Assembly (NCBI GenBank): GCA_947464015.1
Contig: CANHVE010000001.1
Span: 1-51,810, forward strand
Direction: 5' to 3'
Length of the DNA stretch: 51,810 nt
Source of the DNA: Saprospirales bacterium
GTDB taxonomy: Bacteria; Bacteroidota; Bacteroidia; Chitinophagales; CAMDFR01
The position numbers were made by a program, and so were the translations under genes. This document shows positions 30,537 to 37,704 of this stretch, piece by piece. The notes beneath the pieces were generated by a model that was not told the DNA's origin, searched no databases, and saw nothing but the letters and a program-made list of their open reading frames with translations. Position 1 is the stretch's first letter; each line of letters starts with the position of its first letter.

Positions 30537-31382
30537 ATGCAAGATAAATTAATACAAAAAGAAGAAGATAAAAACCAAAAAGAAATGGGTTTTTTCGATC
30601 ATATCGAAGAACTAAGATGGCATTTAATTCGATCTGTAATTGCTATAACTATAGGTTCTATAATTGTATTTGCTTATTATAATTGGTTTTTCGAAAACGT
30701 AGTATTTGCTCCTGCAAAATCAAGTTTTATTACCTATGATATACTTTGTCAAATAGGTGAAAAATTGCATATTGATCAAATTTGCTTTCATTTCGAGGAT
30801 ATTGAATTGTTAAATACTGAACTTTCTGGTCAAATAATGACTCAGTTTACAACCTCATTTATTGGAGGATTGATTCTAGCGTTTCCTTATGTGTTTTGGG
30901 AGATTTGGCGATTTATTAAGCCAGCCTTACAAGTAACGGAGCTAAATAAAACTCGACCTATACTTTTTTATGTTAGTATACTATTTTTGTTAGGAGTTCT
31001 ATTTGGGTATTACATCATGACACCATTTTGGTTAGCCTTTGCGCAAACATATCTTATATCTAGTTCGATTAAGAATTTATTTTCATTGGATAATTATATT
31101 ACGGGTGTATCTACTTTGGTGTTTTGTTGTGGGTTGATTTTTGAGTTGCCTGTGATTGTATATTTTTTATCAAAGTTAGGTTTGATGACACCCAAATTTA
31201 TGCGAGATTATCGTCGATATGCCTATGTATGTATAGTGATTTTAGGGGCTATAATAACTCCACAAACCGATGTATTCAGTTTAGCCATGATTTGCATTCC
31301 TTTATGGGTGCTATATGAGTTAAGTATTAGTGTTTCGGCTAGAGTATATATACAAAAACAAAAATTGCAAAATGTACAATAG
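30537..31382 (+). CDS. tatC: Twin-arginine translocase subunit TatC
   Basis: MGFFDHIEELRWHL, EIWRFIKPAL, FELP, AIITP, LYELS. Confidence 0.96.
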   Translation: MQDKLIQKEEDKNQKEMGFFDHIEELRWHLIRSVIAITIGSIIVFAYYNWFFENVVFAPAKSSFITYDILCQIGEKLHIDQICFHFEDIELLNTELSGQIMTQFTTSFIGGLILAFPYVFWEIWRFIKPALQVTELNKTRPILFYVSILFLLGVLFGYYIMTPFWLAFAQTYLISSSIKNLFSLDNYITGVSTLVFCCGLIFELPVIVYFLSKLGLMTPKFMRDYRRYAYVCIVILGAIITPQTDVFSLAMICIPLWVLYELSISVSARVYIQKQKLQNVQ

Positions 31383-31430
31383 AATTGTACATTAGCGAAA
31401 TTATAAATTCATCTATTAAAATTCTTTTTT

Positions 31431-31862
31431 ATGAAAATTTCTATAGGTTCTGATCATGCAGGTTTTGAATATAAAACATCAATCATATCTTTTTTACAAG
31501 AATTAAATCACCAAGTGATGGATCGAGGAACAAATAGTACAGATTCATGTGATTATCCTGATTATGCGCACCCGGTAGCAAATGATGTAGAAAATAAAGA
31601 AGCAGATTTTGGAGTGTTGATTTGTGGAAGTGCCAATGGAGTAGCTATGACAGCAAATAAACATCAAGGTGTAAGAGCTGCTATAGCATGGAATAGAGAA
31701 ATTTCAGAATTAGCTCGTCATCATAATGATGCTAATATTGTTTGTATTCCTGCTCGATATATTACTATAGAAGAGGCTAAAGAAATAGTATATGCATTTT
31801 TAGCAACAGATTTTGATGGAGGAAGACATTTGAAAAGAGTAGAAAAAATAGCGATATTATAA
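31431..31862 (+). CDS. rpiB: Ribose 5-phosphate isomerase B
   Basis: GSDHAG, DYPD, ICGSANG, ARHHNDAN, GGRHLKRV. Confidence 0.96.
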   Translation: MKISIGSDHAGFEYKTSIISFLQELNHQVMDRGTNSTDSCDYPDYAHPVANDVENKEADFGVLICGSANGVAMTANKHQGVRAAIAWNREISELARHHNDANIVCIPARYITIEEAKEIVYAFLATDFDGGRHLKRVEKIAIL

Positions 31863-32228
31863 CAATTTTATTGCTTGAAAATATTGTATAATTTTCTTTT
31901 TCAATAAAGCTTCTTGTTCTCTAAGTTTGCCTTTAGGAATATTAGTGAGCGTTTCATAATGAGGCCATCCATCTTTGTCTAATCCTTCAAATTTGAAATA
32001 GCCCTCATCTTCAAATAAAGCACAAATAGCTATATGCATTAAATCCTGCTTTTCTTCTTTTTCGTATTTTTCTTTGATGACACCTAATTCATTTATGCCT
32101 ATCAACATGAGAATGGCATTAATATCAGGTCGTTTGCCAAATTGTTGTTTTACAATCTCACGCACTTTGAGCCAAAGCATCATCTGCTCTTTTTCTTCTT
32201 CCGATTTATTTTCGTTGAGTAAAGGCAT
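31857..32228 (-). CDS. Hypothetical protein, resembling a conserved Bacteroidota family
   Basis: KRPDINAILMLIGINELG..KEEKQDLMHIAIC..DKDGWPHY; downstream of ABC-F on the same strand. Confidence 0.8.
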   Translation of the reverse strand: MPLLNENKSEEEKEQMMLWLKVREIVKQQFGKRPDINAILMLIGINELGVIKEKYEKEEKQDLMHIAICALFEDEGYFKFEGLDKDGWPHYETLTNIPKGKLREQEALLKKKIIQYFQAIKLL

Positions 32229-32232
32229 AGTA

Positions 32233-32259
32233 ATAGTTCAAAGTTTATAGTTCAAAGTT
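32233..32259. repeat. 13-bp direct repeat (heptad periodicity)
   Basis: atagttcaaagtt at 32233-32245 and 32247-32259. Confidence 0.7.
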
Positions 32260-32283
32260 CTGAGTAAATTAAAAAGTATTTAA

Positions 32284-33924
32284 TTACTTCGTACTTAAAA
32301 GATTTCCGTACATCTCAGCTCTTTGAGTTTTAACTCTTTCATCTTGCAAATATTCATCATAGGTCATCAATTTATCTAAGCAACCTGTAGGAGTTAGTTC
32401 AATGATACGATTAGCGGATGTTTGAAGGAACTCATGATCATGAGATGAGAATAGAATAGTACCAGGAAATTCTTTTATAGAATTATTTAAGGCAGTAATA
32501 CTTTCCAAATCTAAGTGATTCGTAGGATCATCAAGTAATAATAAATTCGCTTCTTGCAGCATCATACGAGAAAGCATACATCTTACCTTTTCACCACCAC
32601 TTAATACATTACACATTTTAAGTACTTCCTCTCCACTAAACAACATTTTTCCTAAAAATCCACGTATAAATTGTTCATCTTTTTCGCCAGGTGAATATTG
32701 ACGTAACCAATCGATTAAATTCATTTCTTTACCTTCGAAATATTCACTATTGTCGTAAGGCATATATGACGTTTTTATAGTAACACCCCAGCTAAAAGTA
32801 CCGCTATCAGCAGTTTTTCGATTATTGATAATTTCAAAAAAGGCTGAAATTGCTAATGGGTCTTTACTAATGATGGCAATTTTATCATCTTTATTTACTT
32901 GGAAAGTGATGTCTTTAAATAAGTAATCCCCTTCACTATTCTTACAAGCTAATTTCTCTACTTCTAGCACTTGATTACCTGCTTCTCTTTCTTGTTTGAA
33001 AATAATACCTGGATATTTTCTACTAGAAGCTTGAATTGTTTCAAAATCTAATTTTTCTAATGCTTTTTTTCTACTAGTAGCTTGTTTACTTTTAGAAGCA
33101 TTGGCACTGAATCGTGCGATGAATTCTAATAACTCAGCTTTTTTATCTTCTAATTTTTTATTCTTTTGAGCTTTTTGTCTGTTCAACATTTGGCTGGTTT
33201 CAAACCAGAAAGTATAATTACCAGTATAGATATTTACTTTGCTATAATCGATATCGATCATATGTGTACAAACCATATCTAAGAAGTGTCTATCGTGAGA
33301 TACTACAATGGCAATATTTTCAAAATCGGCAAGGAAATTTTCTAACCATGCGATGGTTTCAATATCTAAACCATTGGTAGGCTCATCCATCATCAAAATA
33401 TCAGGATTGCCAAAAAGTGCTTGAGCTAATAATACCCTTACTTTTTCAGAAGGATTTAACTCAGTCATAAGTTTATAATGTAAATCTTCTTTAATACCTA
33501 AATTGCTTAATAATTCGGCTGCATCACTTTCTGCAGTCCAGCCATTCATTTCGCCAAACTGAGCTTCCAAATCGCCTACTTTAATACCATCTTCATCATT
33601 AAAATCGGGCTTTGCATAAATAGCATCCTTTTCTTGAATAATATTCCAAAGTACTTTGTTACCCATCATCACGGTATTAAGAACTGTTACATCGTCATAT
33701 TCAAAATGATTTTGTTTCAATACACTCATACGTAAACCAGGGCTTATTTCTATTTTACCTGTTTGAGCATCTAATTCGCCACTCATTATTTTTAATAAAG
33801 TAGATTTGCCAGCGCCATTTGCACCAATAATGCCGTAGCAATTCCCTTTGGTCATTTTAATATTTACTTCATCAAATAAAATACGTTTGCCGTATCTAAG
33901 ACTTACATTACTAACTTGTATCAT
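32284..33924 (-). CDS. ABC-F family ribosome-associated ATPase (YbiT/YkpA-like)
   Basis: Two ABC domains, no TM; GANGAGKST, DEPTN, SHDRHFL, linker FIARFSANASKSKQATSRKK. Confidence 0.93.
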   Translation of the reverse strand: MIQVSNVSLRYGKRILFDEVNIKMTKGNCYGIIGANGAGKSTLLKIMSGELDAQTGKIEISPGLRMSVLKQNHFEYDDVTVLNTVMMGNKVLWNIIQEKDAIYAKPDFNDEDGIKVGDLEAQFGEMNGWTAESDAAELLSNLGIKEDLHYKLMTELNPSEKVRVLLAQALFGNPDILMMDEPTNGLDIETIAWLENFLADFENIAIVVSHDRHFLDMVCTHMIDIDYSKVNIYTGNYTFWFETSQMLNRQKAQKNKKLEDKKAELLEFIARFSANASKSKQATSRKKALEKLDFETIQASSRKYPGIIFKQEREAGNQVLEVEKLACKNSEGDYLFKDITFQVNKDDKIAIISKDPLAISAFFEIINNRKTADSGTFSWGVTIKTSYMPYDNSEYFEGKEMNLIDWLRQYSPGEKDEQFIRGFLGKMLFSGEEVLKMCNVLSGGEKVRCMLSRMMLQEANLLLLDDPTNHLDLESITALNNSIKEFPGTILFSSHDHEFLQTSANRIIELTPTGCLDKLMTYDEYLQDERVKTQRAEMYGNLLSTK

Positions 33925-33961
33925 CGTTTAAATTAAGGATTTCTTTTTATGAAAAGGACGG

Positions 33962-33969
33962 CAAAATTA
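33962..33969 (-). promoter_or_regulatory. Housekeeping -7 box for the ABC-F gene
   Basis: Minus-strand TAATTTTG followed by C. Confidence 0.65.
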
Positions 33970-34092
33970 CGAAAAATATACGAGAAAAGGCTATAATATT
34001 GATTGATTTGACAATATCATCCACAATGGAAAATAAAATAAGCAAATCCATGAAACAATTACAATCTTTGCAACTAATAAATTGATTGATTT

Positions 34093-34638
34093 ATGAAAAT
34101 ATACACAAAATCGGGTGATGCTGGGCAAACTTCATTGGTTGGAGGAAAAAAGGTTTCAAAAGCAACTTTAAAAATAGATGCATACGGAACAGTAGATGAA
34201 TTAAATAGTTTTATTGGTTTGGTAAAAGCGCATTATATATTTGAAGATGAAGAAGCTACTAGGTTAAATAGAATTCAACATATATTGTTTAATATAGGAT
34301 CTATTTTGGCAACTGAGTCGGGTAAGGTAAATAGTTTTATCCCCCATTTAGAGGAAAAAGATATCTTATTTTTAGAAATAGGGATAGATGCTATGGATTC
34401 AAAACTTAAGCCTTTACAATTTTTCATTTTGCCTGCTGGTACTAGTTTAATTGCCTATTGTCATGTTTGTAGAACTGTTTGTAGAAGAGCAGAAAGATTA
34501 GTAGTGGCATTAGGAGAAGAAGAAAAAGTGGATGTATTAGTACAGAAATATTTAAATAGATTATCTGATTATTTCTTTACACTTGCTCGATATGCTGCTC
34601 TATTACAAGGAGTTGAAGATGTGGCATGGGAGAAATAA
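34093..34638 (+). CDS. PduO-type cob(I)alamin adenosyltransferase
   Basis: MKIYTKSGDAGQT, YGTVDELNS, CRTVCRRAER, YLNRLSDYFF. Confidence 0.94.
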   Translation: MKIYTKSGDAGQTSLVGGKKVSKATLKIDAYGTVDELNSFIGLVKAHYIFEDEEATRLNRIQHILFNIGSILATESGKVNSFIPHLEEKDILFLEIGIDAMDSKLKPLQFFILPAGTSLIAYCHVCRTVCRRAERLVVALGEEEKVDVLVQKYLNRLSDYFFTLARYAALLQGVEDVAWEK

Positions 34639-34667
34639 GCCATTTTTTTCGATTGTGTACAAGTAAA

Positions 34668-34700
34668 TTTGCATTTTAGAAACTAATAAATTTACTTTTG
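34668..34700 (+). promoter_or_regulatory. Complete Bacteroidota sigma-A promoter (-33 TTTG, -7 TACTTTTG)
   Basis: TTTG 34668-34671, 21-nt spacer, TACTTTTG 34693-34700. Confidence 0.8.
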
Positions 34701-34735
34701 CAAAAAATTTGTTTAATTAAACTCAACTTAAAATT

Positions 34736-34957
34736 ATGTTTTGGACTTTAGAATTAGCATCGCATTTAGAAGATGCACCATGGCCTGCAATGAAAGATGA
34801 TTTAATAGATTTCGCTATCCGATCAGGATCACCATTAGAAGTTATTGAAAATTTGCAAGAATTAGAAGATGATGGTGAAGTATATGAAGGCATAGAAGAT
34901 ATTTGGCCAGATTATCCTACCAACGAAGATTTTCTTTTCAATGAAGATGAATATTAA
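34736..34957 (+). CDS. DUF2795 domain small acidic protein
   Basis: WTLELASHLEDAPWPA..RSGSPLEVIENLQ..IWPDYP. Confidence 0.92.
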   Translation: MFWTLELASHLEDAPWPAMKDDLIDFAIRSGSPLEVIENLQELEDDGEVYEGIEDIWPDYPTNEDFLFNEDEY

Positions 34958-34983
34958 AATTATCGTAAATTAATTTACTATAT

Positions 34984-35022
34984 AACAAGTCGTTCGTATA
35001 TTGCGGGCGACTTGTTTTATTT
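34984..35022 (+). terminator. Intrinsic terminator of the DUF2795 gene
   Basis: aacaagtcgttcgta/tgcgggcgacttgtt stem (G-U pairs valid on + strand) followed by T-rich run. Confidence 0.8.
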
Positions 35023-35036
35023 AAACCTAAATAAAT

Positions 35037-35759
35037 ATGAAAAATATATTTTTATTGTTAATCGTTTTTTTAATGATTCACCAGTTAGACGCTCAAACAA
35101 ATCTCCAAACAGACCGCTTTATCGAAGTAAAAGTAAGCGATACAATCAAAGTGATACCTGATTATATTGAAGCGTTTGTTCGCATAGAAGAGGAGGATGA
35201 TATTGATTATACAGGAGCTAACGAAAACAAAACTGCAACAGCTATTGTAGCTAATAAAATGAATCCAGCGAAACAGAAAGTAGAAGTTGAACGCTTGATC
35301 AGTGAAATATCAACTACTTATACTTTTACTGATAAAGCATCTGATAAATTATTAGGTAAAGAATTTAATTTGTGGAATAATGGTTATACAGTTATTCTTA
35401 AAAACATGGATGAATATAATAAACTTGCAGCCAATATTAATAAATCTGGTAAAGCTAGTATTTCAATTAAAACTATGGAAACAAAGAATACGGAATCAAA
35501 TACGAGTAGAATACTTGAAAAGACCATGAATAAAGCGAATAAAGAAGCAAGCCAATTAGCTAAATTGATGAATGTGACTATCGATAAACCCATTTCAATA
35601 AAAAATTATGATGAAAATGCTTTATCATATGGGGATAATAGCTCGAACAATTATTTCAATGCGTTATATAGTATGATGGGTTCCATGTATGGAAATATAA
35701 ATCAAGAAAATTATGTTGTTATATCTAAAACATTGATAGTTAGATATTTATATAAATAA
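35037..35759 (+). CDS. Exported SIMPL (DUF541)-like protein
   Basis: Signal peptide; RFIEVKVSDTIKVIPD, KANKEASQLAKLMNVTIDKPISI, terminal IVRY. Confidence 0.7.
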   Translation: MKNIFLLLIVFLMIHQLDAQTNLQTDRFIEVKVSDTIKVIPDYIEAFVRIEEEDDIDYTGANENKTATAIVANKMNPAKQKVEVERLISEISTTYTFTDKASDKLLGKEFNLWNNGYTVILKNMDEYNKLAANINKSGKASISIKTMETKNTESNTSRILEKTMNKANKEASQLAKLMNVTIDKPISIKNYDENALSYGDNSSNNYFNALYSMMGSMYGNINQENYVVISKTLIVRYLYK

Positions 35760-35852
35760 ATTAGTCTTTGGGAATAGCTTTTAAATCAATATTTGTATTC
35801 CATATATACAATTATTATCTTTATAATACCTTTTAACTAAAGAAAGACAAAT

Positions 35853-37574
35853 ATGAATAAATTATACATAACTTTTTTATTGTCAATAACAAGTTTAGTT
35901 TTTGTGCAAGCACAAAACGAACTATACAATAATGGGTCGCTCATATATATAAACAATCAGGTAGGTACTTTAAAAGCATATTCAGTGACTGATATGCCTA
36001 CATTGTATGTAGATGGTGAAATCAATAATAACTCAGGTACTTTAGAGAATGCATTAGGGGAAATACAAATTACAGGTGATTTTACTAATTCAGGTACTTA
36101 TACCTCTACAGGAGACGATGTATTCGTTGGTTCTGCAACTAATTCAGTAGTTAATGGGGCTATAAATGGTACATTGACAACCAATAATTTTAGAAATTTA
36201 TTTGTAGTAAAAAATACAGCAAGTTTAGATTTGAATACCAATGTAAATGTGGCTAATCATTTAAATATTCAAAGTGGTAGAATTCGTACCGATATTGCAT
36301 CTCATGGTCCAGATGGTTCAGCATATCCAAATGAATTATATATTTTAAATACAAACCCAACTGAATTAATATCAGGTTTATCAGGAAATACGAGATATGT
36401 TGAAGGAAGATTGCGATTAGAGTCAACTTCTGGAAATACGTATTTTTTCCCTATTGGTGCCAACTCACATGATGGAATGGAGCCAGTTAGTATTACCGTG
36501 AATAGTGGTAGTAACTCTATTTTAGGTTATATTAAGCCAGCCGATCCAATACATGATTATACAGATTTAATTTTTAGAGATATTGGAACCGATCCAGGAC
36601 CTTCAGGTGGATTTAGTGCTTATTTAACTTGTGTACCAGGAGCAGGTCCCGATGGATATATGGATGGTTTTCCATTAAATAATGATTTTGATCAAGAATG
36701 GTATATGACTAGTTCAGGTTTAAATTATGATATTACTGTACAACCAGGACCGATATTAGATGCAACATCAAGTTACTCTACTATTTGTGATGCTGGAGTA
36801 TATAAATACATGTTAAAAAATGGAATACCAGGAGGTGGTGGGTATACCCCAATACCAGGTTTATGGGTGCCAACCGGACCAGGTACATTTTTACACGATT
36901 ATAATGGAATTACTTTAGCTCCAACTGGCAATACACTAACTGGACAAACTACCTTCAGTGGATTTAAATTAGCTGGTCCAGGAACTGTTGGTGGTGCATT
37001 ACCTGTAACATTAGTTTCTTTACAAGCCAATCCAATTAACAATGAATTTATTCGTGTAAGTTGGGTTACAGCCTCTGAAATAAATAATAAAGGTTTTGAT
37101 GTTTTAAGAAGTACAGATGGCGTTAGTTTTGAAAAAATTGGTTGGGTAGATGCACAAGGTGATGGCAATTCTACTACTACATTAAATTATGCTTTTGATG
37201 ATAAAAATGTTGTAGCTAATAAAATGTACTATTACAGATTAAATCAAGTTGATAAAGATAATGCTCGTCATATTACATACATTGTAAATGCAACATTAAA
37301 CGGAACAAATACAGATCAAATTACTATTGGTGATTTCTTCCCTAATCCTTCAAGTAATTCAAGTGCTGTATTAATCAATACATATAAAGAAATGGATATC
37401 CATGTTCAATTATATAACAATTTAAGTCAGGTGGTAACAGATGAGAAAATTCATCTATTACCAGGTGTAAACACTGTTAGTTTACCTTTAAATACTATTA
37501 CTGAAGGTATTTATCATGGAATATTTGTTACTCCAAATGGAAATATTTCTCGTCAAATTGTAGTAACTAAATAA
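35853..37574 (+). CDS. T9SS type A sorting domain-containing protein of unknown function
   Basis: Signal peptide; LPVTLVSLQA..W.TASEINNKGFDVLRS..YYRLNQVD module; CTD FFPNP..GIY..RQIVVTK. Confidence 0.88.
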   Translation: MNKLYITFLLSITSLVFVQAQNELYNNGSLIYINNQVGTLKAYSVTDMPTLYVDGEINNNSGTLENALGEIQITGDFTNSGTYTSTGDDVFVGSATNSVVNGAINGTLTTNNFRNLFVVKNTASLDLNTNVNVANHLNIQSGRIRTDIASHGPDGSAYPNELYILNTNPTELISGLSGNTRYVEGRLRLESTSGNTYFFPIGANSHDGMEPVSITVNSGSNSILGYIKPADPIHDYTDLIFRDIGTDPGPSGGFSAYLTCVPGAGPDGYMDGFPLNNDFDQEWYMTSSGLNYDITVQPGPILDATSSYSTICDAGVYKYMLKNGIPGGGGYTPIPGLWVPTGPGTFLHDYNGITLAPTGNTLTGQTTFSGFKLAGPGTVGGALPVTLVSLQANPINNEFIRVSWVTASEINNKGFDVLRSTDGVSFEKIGWVDAQGDGNSTTTLNYAFDDKNVVANKMYYYRLNQVDKDNARHITYIVNATLNGTNTDQITIGDFFPNPSSNSSAVLINTYKEMDIHVQLYNNLSQVVTDEKIHLLPGVNTVSLPLNTITEGIYHGIFVTPNGNISRQIVVTK

Positions 37575-37593
37575 TACTATCTCAATATAAATT

Positions 37594-37626
37594 AAAAAAA
37601 GACAGCGATAAGCTGTCTTTTTTTTT
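37594..37626 (+). terminator. Intrinsic terminator (potentially bidirectional)
   Basis: A7-gacagc-gataa-gctgtc-T9. Confidence 0.88.
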
Positions 37627-37704
37627 GTTCTTATTATTTGAATAGTCATTTATGAAATAGTAATATCTTTATGTATTCATTTTTATATAACTGAAATTGT
37701 ATTC

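Noticed and set aside
33949..34085. Short + strand ORFs (MKRTAKLRKIYEKRL; MENKISKSMKQLQSLQLIN) as leader peptides
   Set aside because: They overlap promoter boxes of the divergent genes, are on the wrong strand to be an ABC-F leader, and show no attenuator structure.
33925..34092. Cobalamin riboswitch upstream of the PduO-type adenosyltransferase
   Set aside because: No B12-box or GC-rich conserved core visible; the region is AT-rich promoter DNA.
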